A stretch of 64,000 nucleotides of DNA. It comes from Takakia lepidozioides (taxonomy: Eukaryota; Plantae; Bryophyta). Positions within the stretch are counted from its first letter, which is position 1. Each line of letters starts with the position of its first letter. The stretch covers positions 82,894,001-82,958,000 of the forward strand of contig CM060731.1 in NCBI GenBank assembly GCA_030704615.1, given 5' to 3'. The position numbers and the translations under genes are program-made. Below the pieces are notes generated by a model that saw only the letters and a list, made by a program, of their open reading frames with translations, had not been told where the DNA came from and did no database searches. This document shows, piece after piece, positions 47,481 to 61,209 of this stretch.

Positions 47481-50400
47481 GTTTGGAGTACCATTGTCCA
47501 AGCTTTGGGAGTCTTAGTGAGATTGTTTGAGAGACATCTTGAGGGATCTTAGAGAGTTATTTGAGAGATCCTTGAAAGGTCTTGTCTATTGCTTAAGCAA
47601 GAGAGTGTGGAGATAGGGTAGTGGGATGAGAGCATGTTGTGATAGGAATTGCTTTAGTCTCTCTTCCTTGTAGTCTTCCACCCTCTCTGTAGGCCAAAAC
47701 CTTTCCGTAGGTGGAGGCAAGAGTCAGTCCGGGTTTGAGCTGGGGTGTCTTGCAGGAGTGACACTGTGGAGTGTTTTTGGTGTGGGGGAGTTACTGTTTT
47801 GATTTCCTTGTGTTTGGATCCCCTCCACGCATGCATGCTTGACTGTGCGTCATGTTAGTTTTGTGTGGGCGCTTGTTTTCATAGGAGGTTGGTCCGGATT
47901 TGATCATCGGTCAATCTTAGAGCGTGATGTCGATGGTGAGGCTGGGGTGATGACCAGTCAGATCATCATTGTTCTATTATGGTGAGGCTGGGTTGATGAC
48001 CAGCAGACCATAGGATTGCTTGCGGTGGCTGCAGGTGCAGGTACAGGTCTACATTAGAAACCTATTATTCCTGCTTGAACCAGTAGCCGCAACAGGTTCT
48101 CTCCCGGTTACCTTGTAGAAAGTGGGGATTAGAGATAGGTTGACAACCGGTTGGGTTGTGAGTTTTCATCACGGAGGTGCCACCAGTTGTTGAGATGAGT
48201 GCCGGTACGAGCACCAGCGATACTAGTGGGTACACAAGACGAGGTGTGCGGTTTAGGCCACCTTCACCTTCAGTGTCTTCTGAGGAAGGTTCAGACTCGG
48301 AGTCAGGAGGATTCTCGCCGAGGGTGCAAGTCATTTCCGTGCCATTGTTGTGGGACACGATGGAGGAGATGTATGGAGCTACCAAGGGGCCACGTAGGTA
48401 CTCTGGAGCTGTGGGCACCATCGAGCTTGATGACTTCATACAAGAGTTTGACAGTTGGTGTGATTTGCAGCAAATGCGCAATCCACAACTGTTTACGCCT
48501 TTTATGGCGTGGAAGGGGGCTATTCCAGTACCAAGGGTGCGGGATGCAACTCTCCTACAAGTGGACCAACCCACCTTAGCAAATGTGTTTTTGCTGGCAA
48601 AGCGGATAGAGCTCAATGTGATGGAGGAGCGAGTGGTCATGGTGGGGTTTGGCAAGAAGACACAACAAAGTAGGGCTCCTAGCCAACAACAACCACTATC
48701 CCAACGTGTTCAAGGCAACAAGGAAGCTCAGGTGAAGCCGAGGAAAGGACAGAGAGGATCTCAGATGCAGAGGTCTCTTCCTCATTCTCAGGCCAACAAC
48801 AGTCGGGTGTGACTTATTGGGATTGTGGAGGACCCCATGTCAAGAAGGATTGCCCGGAGAGAGGCAAAGGGTCGGTACAGGCACAGCCTACACAACTACA
48901 GTGTGGGCATTGTGGAAAGTATGGGCATGAGGAGGCCCATTGTTATGGCTTGCATCTTGAGCTACGGCCAGGCCAGTTCCAAGGGAACAATGGTGGTCGA
49001 GGACGAGGCAATGTAGTCCCGAGAGGTAGAGGAGGCAGAGGTCGGGGTGGAGGTCGTAACCAAAACCAAGGAGCACAGGGTCAGGGTCAAGGTCATGACC
49101 AAGGCATGGTGGATAGACTTGCCCAGCTAGAGCAATGTCTTGCTGCCATGGCCACTACTCATGTTGCGCCAGCTCCAAGGCTTGAGGTTCAAGCCCCACC
49201 TGCACAACCTCCTATGCCTAGGGAAGACCAGATTGGTATGGGTTTCATATGTGGAGCCGCACTTGCAGGGCCATTGCATGTATTGGACTCTGTTGCTGCT
49301 GTCACTCAAGCAGCAACGCGTGCTCCTGAGCCAAGAGGAGCGGATGTGGATTTTGATCCACAAAGGGGGGAAGCGAGTTGTCAGACAATGCTTCCACAGT
49401 CCTTTACATTGGCTAAGACAGTGCCACCTACGTCATCAATGGCACCCACTCGCCCAAGTGTATCAGCGGTAGAGCCACGAATACCATTGGGGAGAGTTGG
49501 TGTGGCTCGGGAAATGCCAGTGGGTGGTGCTGTAAAACAAGGTGCAGCTAGTACATTGTTGGGGGCGGCTACGGCGGTTTGCCAAGCTCCATTATTTTCT
49601 GCAATGACCATTGCAATGCCGGGGATTCGGCCAGTTGATGTGTTCAGACTAGCAGCTAGACTCTGTGAGAGTGGTGATGCATCCGTGCTATCTGCGGAGA
49701 TAGCAGATAAGGTGCAGTCTATGGATGCTTTGGATTCGAGGGTGAAGTCAGCCACAGCTGCGCCATGGCAAGCGGCAGCTGTATGGTTGCAGGAGTTGCC
49801 AGCTAGGCCAGCCATTGAGCGTAGCATGGTGACTCATGGGGTAGTCCTAGTGGACAATCAGGATGGAGTGTTTCAATTGGGTGGCCCAACCGGGAGGAGG
49901 TATAGGCCATTGCGGGTCTTGTTGGACTCAGGAGCACAGCCATTGATGTTGGGAAGAGCAGCAATTGCAGACTTGGGCCTCACGGAGGCGGATTTGAAGC
50001 CTTGCCCTTTCCAAATTCAAACATCTTTGGGTGGTTCAGAGAAGGAGCGAGGGATTACACGCCATGAGTTCTTCATTCGATTGTAGCCGGATCATCCTAC
50101 GGACGGCTCAGTCGTGAGAGCTAAAGCCATTGTTACGGCCGCGATGTCCTATGATGTGCTTATTGGTGGGGCTGTGTTGTACCCCATGGGCTTTACTTTG
50201 GACTTTTGGGAGGAAACGACATCCTACAGGCCGGAATGGCAGTCAGGAGATGGCCGACATGCACTGCTCCCAGTGCGGTTTATTGGGAATGTAGCGGTGG
50301 ATCATAGGAACATGATGCCCACATTGGCTGCATTCTCAGGGGTGGTGGCTTGGGGTGGTGAGCTCTTGGAGGAAAATAGCCATGCAGATGATAGGCCACC

Positions 50401-50634
50401 ACCTGATGAGGACAAACAATTGGCATATAAGGCTGATTTGCTTCTTCATGTGCCTGTTCTTATTCCACTGTGGGGTACAGTTGGGAATTTGCATCGAGTA
50501 GCAGACGAGTGTGTGCACCAAGCATGGCATGAGGTCTATCCATTGGTGAGTGAGGGGAATTCAGTGACATCACATGGACCTCCTCAGTTAGCTCCTTTGG
50601 ACACAGTGCCCATTACCTGGCAACCACCTGACTC

Positions 50635-51498
50635 AGGGATTTGTTTGCTAGACATGTTTGGAGGCATGAGCACTGGGCTTGCAGGAGTGTTGCAAGCAGG
50701 GATCAAAGTACGCAAGTACTTATATGTGGAGAAGGATGAGATTGCTCGGCGTGTTTCCATGCGCCATGTTGCCTTGCTCACACATCAGTATCCTGAGTTG
50801 TTGCCTCTCTCAGCAATTCAAGGGTACCAAAAGGCCTTTGCCTGCAGACATTACCATGCTGGGGGCGGAGGATTTGGATCGGCATGATCCCATTGACTTG
50901 GTGATAGGAGGGTGGCCTTGCCAAGGACATTCTCCCGCAGGTCATGGTAATGGTTTGTAAGATGCACAATCGCATCTGTTTTGGGAGATGTTGCGAGTGT
51001 TGCGTGACTTGCAGGTGAGGCAAGTGCAACCTCCAACTTACATCCTGGAGAATGTTCCTCTCATGGGGGATTCTCAAACCAGGGTTATGGCCAGTGTACA
51101 TCAGATCCGGTCATGGATTGGACCAGCTGTATTGTTGGAAGCAGCTGCAGTGGGTTCACGGGCACATAGGCCTAGGTTGTGGTGGACCAAACTTGTACCA
51201 CCAGAGTTGCTCAAGAGAGCCTATGATTCCATTCAACGGCCACCCAATCTCACGGTTGAGGGCATTTTGGACCAAGGGAGGTAACCACAGAGGGTGCGAC
51301 ATGATGACCGTCCACCTCTAGCAGTGGTAAATCGAGTGGGGCAGCCACGTGCAGCCTTGCCTATGCTCATGAGCTTTCCCTCGTCTCATGCTTTTCAAGA
51401 CAATGGTCCTGGGTTGATTTGGGACAGTGTGTTACAACAATTGGTGGAGCCCAATGCGGATGAGCGAGAGCGGGCAATGGGATTTGCCACGGGCACTA
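50635..51498 (+). pseudogene. DNMT3-like methyltransferase domain of copy D (disrupted, lacks motif X)
   Basis: ICLLDMFGGMSTGL, DLVIGGWPCQGHS, YILENV, GSRAHRPRLWWT, EPNADERERAMGF. Confidence 0.9.
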
Positions 51499-52399
51499 GG
51501 GTCAAAGCATGTTCAGGTGTCTCATTTTGCTGTTACAGTAACAGATGTATGCAAATCACTTTACAAATTGCAAATTGACCAAGATTAGGCTGTCATGCAA
51601 AGTCCTTTTGCGTGATGTAACAATTCCATCAATTAAACATAACACACTAGAGGATGTTGATAGGACTTGGAGATGTAGCCTAATTGTCATGTACATTGAC
51701 TCCATCTAGGCTTTAGATGTCTGGGTACTACTTCATGATGGACTTAGAGGATCCTTGGGTGCAATGACCCTCTACTAGAAAATAATCTAACCAATTTGTT
51801 CCATGTAATGACACCTTTTGGAGCGCCAACGAAAAGGACATGAAATCTTTGTCAAAATGACACAATGTCTTAAGAGAAAGTGTAAGGCTCCAAGCATATA
51901 AAAGCACTATGTACTAAATTGCATGACCTGAGCCTCCCCTCATGCACATATTCATCATTTTTCCTGGTTGATTTCATTTTATTTAAATTTGATTTAAAAA
52001 GAATTATATATATATATAACAATGACCAATGATCTTTTGCAAATTTCATCCTTGGACGTTATAATGAATTCCAAATCGCAAGTCATTTTCACAGCGCTGG
52101 TACGTTACATGCTCCAACCGCCATGGAAGCTGAAGTGGAGCTCCATGCATATGAGTACCAAGGTGAGAGAGACGACAGTAATGAGCCCTCCAATCTTTGA
52201 GCGCATGCCAGCCTTGTCTTCTTAAGTCCATGTGAGTCGAGCAGACTTAAAATGCCGTTTGCGGCGCTCGCGGGATGACAACCACCGGTGGTTACAGGTA
52301 ACATGAATTTTAACCTACGACTCTAGGTAATGAAGATGATGATGATCAAATGGCAATAGGCCACGTCCCAGACACACTTCATTGCAGCTCGTGAGCGTC

Positions 52400-54521
52400 C
52401 GAATTATTGCCCACGGGCACACTTGTTTGAGCCGTGTAGATGCATTCCAAGACAGTAGGGGTGATATGTGCATCTGCAGGATAGGGCCGCCACATCCCAG
52501 TAAGGATACCATCCTTTGCAAACAGGACATGCATTCAATGCAATGGTGGCTTGTGGCGTTGTCTGGCATGGTGGATGAAGGATGGGCATGGGCACGGTCT
52601 TTACATGTGTCCCATCCTTCATCTTCTGGATTTGCTCTGCCACACCCCAACAATGCTTAGTCTTAGTTCACACAAACATCCACTGTTACAACCTGAATAC
52701 AAGGAGCTGACAAACAAAAAAGTGTACAGACCATATGTCACTACCTCACTATTGCCTAGAAAAATGATCCTATTGCAGTGTATAGTATATCTTCAGTTTC
52801 CTGAAGGGCATGCTCTCTATTTCAAGTGTGTCGGATCACCACTCTATGGCAAAGGTTGTTGCTTTGAGATGGAGTTCTTGAGTGCAGACAGAGAATGAAA
52901 GTCAGAGTCACACAAAACTACGACCATACTTTTATGAGAATCTACCTGACAAATTAGAGGCAATCCCTGTATGCTTATACATTGGTACCGTACGAACAAT
53001 CAGAGTTTTCTGTATGAGCTCCAAGTGAGAGCCCAAAAATGTTGGTACAAACTTGTTTCCATATCATGTTAATTTCCATATCATGTCACAGACTTCTTTC
53101 CCTTTTCACACTGCACTAAGCAGGGGTGACCTCATCCACACAAATTTTGTTCAAAGTATATTTCACAATACAACATTAATTCCAATGGCAGAGCAACAAA
53201 TTGTATTTTCCACGGCAAGAATGATGCCAGCGTTACTATCACTGCCTAAATGGAATGCGGATACACAAACATTCGAGGGCATCAGCAAAAATGATGAATG
53301 CGTAAGGGAAAGGTTCTCCTGGAAAGTACCACACAAACATTGCTTCTCCTTCTCGCAAACCTCCTTGACATGTGTTGCCTTCGAAATTCGAGTTTGCTGG
53401 TCTTCGAGAAGACTAGAGGCATCTTTATAACTTCCCTCGATCTCCTGCACGTGCTTAAGGTAAAAACGTTGCAAGACCATTGCCTCTGCCAAATCGCTTT
53501 GTAGTTGGGCAACACATTCAGTTTGGGAGTGCAAGCTTTTCCGAATCGTCTCCGCCTGCACCTTTAAGTCCACAATTTTTCCAGCATTAGGGTCATGGTG
53601 CCTTAGCGCCTCCTGCAAAACACTTTGGCATTGCTCCAGCCGCCTGCCTGTGTCTCTTTGGGCGGATTCTTGAGTATGGAGCTCTGACTTTTTGGAGTTG
53701 AAAGCAACATTCTCACGCTCCATCAGCGATTGTCTATCCCGCATCTGAGCTCGCAACACCTTGACCTTCTCCAGTTCAGTATCATGTACACCAGTGTAGT
53801 TCCGGATCTTCTTGTTTGCAGCCTCAATTTCCTTCTCTTTCATGGCCACCAACTCTTGTATGTCCTCAATCTCTGTGTTCAGTAGTGTGGAGAACCGGGA
53901 GTGGTGGTCGATGGGATTTGACCGGTTGACAATGTTGACCGCAACTTTTGGTGGAGGTTGTCGAGTCATGCCAGACCACACCTCGGGCCACTTCTTGGTT
54001 CGCCTTAATTCAGACAAAAATGCATTTTGTCTTTCCATGATCCCTGGACAGGAAGGCTCACGAGAGGTGACATCTTTGTACTTCGCAGCTTGCATCTAGC
54101 TAGTTTCCACTGCAAACCTTGCCCAATCAATCAGCACTCCACTGTTTCGATGAGCCACAAATCCTTTGGCAAATTGGAGACCCAACACATTGTTTTGGAT
54201 GGTGGCCCGCAGGTATATCCTTGTATACAGCTCCTCCACCTCCCTCCTCAACAATGTACTGCGATTGTTCTTGTACTTGAATCCATTCCGATCTTTTGGG
54301 CCCCACAATTTCACACAGTCGGAGTAAGTTGAGTACTCGTCGTTATCTCCAGCAAAGTCTTTTTTAGGGTCCAACCCTACATTGCAGAGCTTCATAACAT
54401 CACGAAAATACCACAATGGGTATCCCTGGAGACCTACGGTGAAGAAATCAAAATCCGGAGCTAAGACTTTTTCCATGATCTTAGGACCTACAGTGTCGTC
54501 CATGTCGTCGTTGATGTCCAT
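52400..54521 (-). pseudogene. Coiled-coil protein with a C-terminal RING-like finger; disrupted, possibly TE-associated
   Basis: ORFs 54096-54521 and 53163-54095 are in frame and split by one TAG. E/K/Q-rich heptad region. Downstream exon CPVCKGW..SCRCTYHPYCL..C at about 52410-52530. Confidence 0.55.
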
Positions 54522-54990
54522 AAAGTCGGTTGGTTCACAACAGACGCAGTCACCACGCCTTTTGCAACTCTCACACTAGATACTTGCAGACTTCTCTGTC
54601 ACGACTAGGCCACAATAGCAATCTCTCCGTGTATCGAACTGTCGAGCATTCAACCTGAGCGCATATATGCGCGGCATATTTCAGCCCATCGCTCAATCAG
54701 GACCCCTACGCGCTATAGTCAGCTCTGGAGTATTTTTCCCACTTCAGATGTTTCCAGTGAAGATATCGGAGAGTGCTAATTTGAAAACCCTCACACAACA
54801 ATGAACCCTGGGCCAAATGTTTGTTGGATCTACAGAAGTAGAATGACTACACTAACATAAGAAAGACCTTTCATACTCTGAACACACTATGACTACGTAG
54901 AAAAAGAGATGATAAGCATGCACACTGTAGACAGACTGCAGGGAGAAGTCGAAGGACAGTGGTGAAGAGAGACGAGTCCAGCAGCAAGGA

Positions 54991-57490
54991 GTGGAGTCAC
55001 CGCCAAAAGAACTCCTCCATCCTGAATGGTGGAAATCGTTTGGGTATGCCATGCATCCTGAAGGGAAGGCCAGCCCTGCTGCTGTTCAAGTGCCTGCAGA
55101 ACGACGAAGGTGGATGCAAATGAGGAAGGCCCGACATCATAAACTGAAAGGTATTTTCCTTCTTGTGTGTTTTAGTGCTTGCAAAGGGTTTTTCATTTAT
55201 TTACCAGAATGTTGGCAATGAACTTCAGGTGTTTGCAGGGTCAGGGATGACTGAACTTCAGGTGAGATTTACATATGAGTTATGGCAAGTCATGCTGCTC
55301 ATTTTCCAGATTGTTAGCAATGATTAGGCGTATGCAAGGTCAGCTATGACAATAGTCGATTTTGTTTTTTGACACATGATTTCTGGCAAGTCATGCTGGT
55401 CCCTTTCCAGGTATGGTTAATGAACTTCAGTTGTTTCCAAGGACAGCGATGAGAGTAGTCCAGTTTTTTTCTGCCCTATGAAATATGGCAAGTCATGCTG
55501 CTCCCCTTCCATTGTCCTTCATTTCCTTTACTGTAGGGTCTTTTCCGGCTGTCATGGCGTTAGTGTGGAATTCTAACTCCTTTCCAGTTCATGAACTCAT
55601 TACAGATCCTCAGGTACTACAAGTCTGGCATCTCATTTCTTGTCATGAGTGTTGCTTAGGGTTGTTTTCCGTCATGTTGTGTCATTGTTTGTAGTTTCAT
55701 GTTCCTTCAGATCATGTAAGGGATTGGGTTCATTGTATCATGGGTGTCATAGAATTTGTCATGGTATAATATGTCATTGAATGTCATGCTTGATGTCCTT
55801 TCAGGTCATAATGTCATTCCATTCCATTCCATGATGTCATTTTCATAGATCTCATGTCCTTCATTTCATTAACATGGCATGGTGTTTAGGCTTCATTACA
55901 GGTCAGGATGGGCACAACCTTTGACATAGATTGGCATAACTGGAGAATGGGCATGGTTGCAAGGAATTGAGAAATGATATAACATAATTAAACCCTGTGC
56001 ATTGTTATTTAATTGCAGGTGATGGATTACCAGCAAAGCAAGAAGCTTCCAGCGGAGTTGCATCTGAGCTTCATATTCCGCCTCTTACCAATGTGTTGTA
56101 GGCTCAACTTACATCTGAAAAGGACACTCCATGTGGTGGGGATGATTTGATACAACCTGAGACCCAGCTGGCACATGGACCTGTTGTCTCTGATTCAGAC
56201 AGCAGCCACTCAGAGCACGGACAACCAAGGTCAGGACTGAAGGCCTCACCTAAGGCAGTCCACATGCCACCTGAGCTTCATCCTCCTCCCACTGAAATCC
56301 TATCACAGGCTCCAACACTTATCACCCTACCAGCGGCCACAGCTGCTGTCAACATGGGATTGACAAACAAGGACGGGAAATCGGCTGTGGTTCCACTATT
56401 ACCTGAGCAAACAGTGGTTACAGAGGGAAATCCCCCACCTACATGGAGCCAGTAGCAGTTCAAGGGGCGAAAGATAGGCACAAGGACCACAAGCATAGGA
56501 GTGATAGAAAAGAACACCGCCACCATCGAAAGAGGCGAAAGAGCAGTGATGAACGGACATTCCCTTCCAGCTGGCTGAGTCTGAGCTTGAGGGTATTGCT
56601 GTCACCCCTCACAAATCCTAGAAGTATTTCAATTGTAGGTGGATTTAGGATTGGCTGTACAACATAGGGAGCGCGGCCAAAATTCTGATGTGACCATTCT
56701 CCTATGTGCAGGTCATGGCATGCTTCCGAATACTTCTGGGCACAGCCTCCCATTGAACACCGCCACAGCAGCCTCTGCTGAAGGAGTTGAGAACATTGGG
56801 TCGGCTTTCACCCCAATCTGGGGTAGTACATCACCACCAGGATTGAAGGATCCCAATGGATATGCAAGGACGGGACCTCTGCCAACACCTCCACTCCACA
56901 CCCCCTCCACTCCTGGCAATCGCACCTCCTCCACTCTTGGCAACAGTAAAAATTGAGAAGTGCAGTCCTGAGACAAAAGTTAAGGTAAAGATGCATGAAA
57001 GCAAGGGTATGGATTTTGCACCTACTAAGAAGTCTGAATCACAGAGTGACAGTAGTAGTAGTAGTGAGGTTCAAATTTTAAGCAAGAATCATACAATGGT
57101 TCAAAAGTGATGTTGGAGAATGGGGGGGAAAATGTGATCTTCAAGCAAGATTGTCGCTCCGAAAAAAAATTGATACGTGAGTGGGACAATACCAGACAGT
57201 CTGGCTTAGCAATCCAGGTTCGGGGTGCTTCCGTTACACCTATCCTAATGAGTGATGGAATTGCAGTTGACACCATTACACCAGACGGGCTTGTGAAGGC
57301 TGTGTCTAAGCACTCACACAGCCCACATTCACCATCAACATCATCTGGTCATGCATTGCGCTCGCAAAATTCTGCTCCTGACAAGCCCAACAACAACTTG
57401 TCAGAAGTTCAGGGTGCTTCTGGCCGCGATGTTGAATCTCGGCACAAAAGAAAGAAGAAGAAGCCCCAACGTTGGAAGGGGTATTGCTAA
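54991..57490 (+). pseudogene. Degenerate multi-exon gene for a low-complexity (Ser/Pro/Lys-rich) protein of unknown function
   Basis: Successive ORF pieces 54991-55150, 56147-56455, 56639-56956 and 57107-57490 with plausible splice sites and basic NLS-like tracts. No recognisable domain. Confidence 0.3.
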
Positions 57491-59189
57491 GTTTGCATTA
57501 TAGGGCAGTCCAGGATGTGTAGGGGGGCTACTATAAGGGAGCTAATCTTTGTGTAGGATTGAGGGGAAGAAGTCCCTCTTGTATGGCTGCCTATTTATGC
57601 CGCAGTGCTTGTAGAGAAAGAATTTACTCTTCCAAGGACCTCACGACTGGACAATGAACAACCTTAAAGAAGGATACTGGTTTTTTCAGGCCCAATGAAT
57701 TCTTGGATGTCATGATTCTCTGTATGATGATCGGTAGTACCTCAGGTTCCTTCATTTCATGCTATCCCTACTGGGATCATAAACTCCATGAGTACACACT
57801 TGCTCATGGCCATTCTATGTAGAGTTTTGAAATTGCGAGAAGATGGCAGCTGTAAGGGAGAGTGGACTTAGTTGTTCACAGAAGGGACACAACCTCACGA
57901 TGTGCTCATCGTTGGCCCCTTAAGAAATGCACCAACAAAGATCCATTCCCTCCTCGCACCATGATGGCCATCACCCCAACCTCCATCTGCAATGATTCAC
58001 CCTCCAAGACCCTCCATGTGGTGGAATCTCCAAGTCTTGCCTGCTTCTGATCCAGAATTTGCCAAAGCCATCTCTTGACTACAAACCCTTGCTCCAGCCT
58101 TGAGCTTGCACCACAACCAGCCTTTCCTCCAGGGTCATAAGGCACACTCAGTAGGCACAATATTTAAGCTCACAACAGTTCCTGCTCCATACCTTGCCAC
58201 CCATCTTTCAGCTCCCAGACTCGCTTTGCCTCCATTGTTTGGTCTTGAACATTGCAGTCCTTGTATCCCAAGAATAAACAGTCTTTTTTCCCGCGAGCAG
58301 TCCACCATAGATATGTGCACCCCTTCTGCTGGTACATGGACAAATGGGTGTCTTGCCTCGAATTGCATGGATAGGATGTGGCCCATGAGAGCCAGGCAAA
58401 AGCTTTTGTCCCAGTCACCCTCTGCTGACTCTGCCAACACAGCCAACCCTGTCTTGAGTGCTTCAGTCACCCATTCCATCAACACATGGTAATGCGAAAC
58501 ATCCCTCTCATGCCTGATTTCATACTGTTCACACATCTTGTCAAACTCATCACTCCATTCTGCCCTTTTGCATGAAACTATAACTCCCAGGGCACCCATG
58601 TTGCACCAAGAGCTCTCCTTCCAGAAACTGAGATGTGAGGAAAGACGTTGGGTCTGCCATTGGGCTGACTCCCACCTCTCCAGATTGATGGTGAATGGAC
58701 AACAAGGCATACTTGTTGCCTAGCTTTGTTTTCATAAGAGTACCTGCAATTCCAACATAAACAAGATATGCTAATTCTTTAAAAGAAGTGTAAACAGGCT
58801 GGCTGGACTCTGGATGATCCAAGGTTCCCAGACTTGTACTCTGGCCTTCTGGCAGCGTCATAGGATTGGGCCTCATGTTAGGATAATATCCTTTCTCTTT
58901 GCTGTAGTGCAAGCAAGCTTTTCTTTTCTTTGAGTTGACATGGTGTCTCGCCTTCCACCATTGTTGCATTGACCATGCCTCAGACTGTTTGATGTTGTGG
59001 CAATCATATGTACCTGTGATCCAGCCACCAAAGCACTCTTATCTTGTCCTCTCATGTTTACCCATACCAGCAACAACAGAATCATGCACCACCCCACCCT
59101 CCGGGTTATGCCCATCCCTTCCCTTCGAAGTTGCACCTCTGATTGAGCCCGCTGGCTCCTTGCGCATGGATCTGATCCACTCTCCAGAT

Positions 59190-59770
59190 CCTCCCTCATG
59201 ACCAGGCTGAGCATTTCCTGCAATCATCGCATTCGATGACACCACATCTCGTTCAGCCCTACAATCACACACTCCCTTTGCATCTCTGATGCTGTCACAT
59301 TTGGCGTACCTGTCCATGAGGGTGTTGTTCAGATTGGTACTTGGCAAAATTCCAGCCCCCATGATATCAGCATGGACCTCTTGGCCCCTTCCCAAGGCTG
59401 CCCGGCTTGCACATGTATTGTAAACGCAAAGGGGCGACACCTGATTGGGCTTCATTGCCACCCACATCATCTGCTCACAGGTTTCCAGAGCCCCAATCCC
59501 ACACATATGCTGGACATATCCTGTGATCATCACACTCCATGAGACCGGGCTGAACACCCTGTCAAACACTTGTTGTGCATTTTCCAGACTCCCACACTTG
59601 CAATACATATAGACAAGGGTGTTCCCCCATGGACATCTGCCTCAAATCCAGCTTTGATTATGCCTTGGTGGACCTGCCTGCCCTGTTCCAGGTCTACTGG
59701 GCTAGCGCATGTATCTGCAAGTATGCTCAGGAAGGTGATCTTGCTTGGCTTTGCACCTTCTTGTTGCATT
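59190..59770 (-). pseudogene. PLS-class pentatricopeptide repeat gene fragment (frameshifted)
   Basis: MQQEGAKPSKITFLSIL..CASP..LEQGRQVH, MYCKCGSLENAQQVFD..SWSVMITGY, YAKCDSIRDAKGV..RDVVSSNAMIAG. Confidence 0.9.
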
Positions 59771-60876
59771 TGCTGACCTGACCCCCAAATCTATGATAAT
59801 TCTATAGTGACATGAGGCACCCACTCTTCTTCTCTTCTCTCACACCAGTAAAGAGTGGCTTGAGCTGCCCCGGTTTGACCAATAGTGATTTGAACATAGC
59901 TAGTACCTCCACCTTCTTTGGCCATTTCAGCCTTTGCATTCCAGCGGGCTGCAATAAATGGTCTTGAGCAAGACCCGTTCCCTTTGCTGCAGGTCCTCTT
60001 CAAGACCCAAATTTGCTGCTCTCATCAGTAGGCCGTTCCCCTTTCAATTGCATTGTTGGTGGCAAACTGTGGCACACCCTCTGGTCACCATGCCTTCTTG
60101 CTCCCTTACTCAGTTTAGTGCTCTCATTAATCTTCAAAAGTGTAAGTTGGTTTCTCACTGTTCCCTCACTCTCTCCCTTGGCAGGATGCCTGTCCAATTC
60201 GTCGTCTAAGCAACTCTGGCTGACTCCTGGTTGACGTTCTTTCTTGTTTTCGACATGCAATGGCACAGCCTCCGATCCCGAAGAAGGTACTTCAATCACT
60301 TTTGTCAGCAATTCCTTCTCACTTTCTCTCCCCTCTTCATTAGGTTGATCAATTTCAAACTGAAGACTTGGGTTAGATCTGTGCCTTCCACCTGTCCTTG
60401 CTTCATCCAACCCAATTGCATGTTCGGTTCAGGTAATTTGTACAAGTAGGGAGGCATCATACATGTCCCACAAAAATCTTATAAAAGCGAAAGTAGGTAC
60501 ATTGATCTTTAATTGAGGAGGAAGCCTATTGAGGAGTTGAACCTCAAATTCCCTTGCGGGAATTGCTGCCCAATGCAGCCAATAGACTGTCTGCAGCCCA
60601 CAGAATTAGTACTTCACACAGGTATGATAACACAAGGTATGATAACACTTAGAACTGGCAGGCATGTACATTTTATGACAGTAGTACACAGAAAGAGTCC
60701 ACTATGTTTAGTCTTACTGTCTCACAAATATTGCAGTCATCATTAGCAATACTAGTTAGCTGCTTCATAATGGCAAGAACGGACTGCACGACCAAAATGC
60801 TATGATGACTAGAAGGCTCATAATGTCGAACTATGATGTTGAACCTATGTGGATAAAGGGAGTTCAGAAACATATC

Positions 60877-61209
60877 CTAAAATCCATCATCAGGACCATC
60901 CAATTGTTCTATCGAACTCCCAATTTGTGACAAGGTGTCACCACCAAGCTCATATACTACTCTGTTCCCTTTCACCCTATGCAACCCTGGGGGCATTTGA
61001 AACATTGCAGCCCTGATGAGATGAGAGAACACATAGGCATGAGGCTTATCCTCTAGCAAAATGTAATATTTCTGCCCATTCCCACTCGGCTCATACCACC
61101 TCCCTCGGACAACATGTTCACCTGCATGCCACTTGCAACCCCAATGGTCCTCAAAGTCCGCTTGCACAATGGCCAAGGGCATGTCACACTGGATAATGTA
61201 GAAGTCGAC
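60877..61209 (-). pseudogene. C-terminal fragment of an unidentified, probably DNA-transposon-related protein, cut by the insertion at 61210
   Basis: Protein-like frame VDFYIIQCDMPL..FEDHWGCKWHAGEHVVRGRWYE..AYVFSHLI. Family assignment is from loose recollection only. Confidence 0.35.

Larger units (their letters stand above)
45118..51498 (+). mobile_element. Copy D of the DNMT3-retroelement family: 3-kb leader, gag with internal deletion, protease, MTase motifs I-IX, 3' truncated
   Basis: Starts TGTCATGG at 45118. ORFs 48177-48812, 48809-50086, 50114-50887, 50988-51284 and 51294-51578 are homologous to copy A. Similarity ends after EPNADERERAMGFATGT. Confidence 0.92.
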
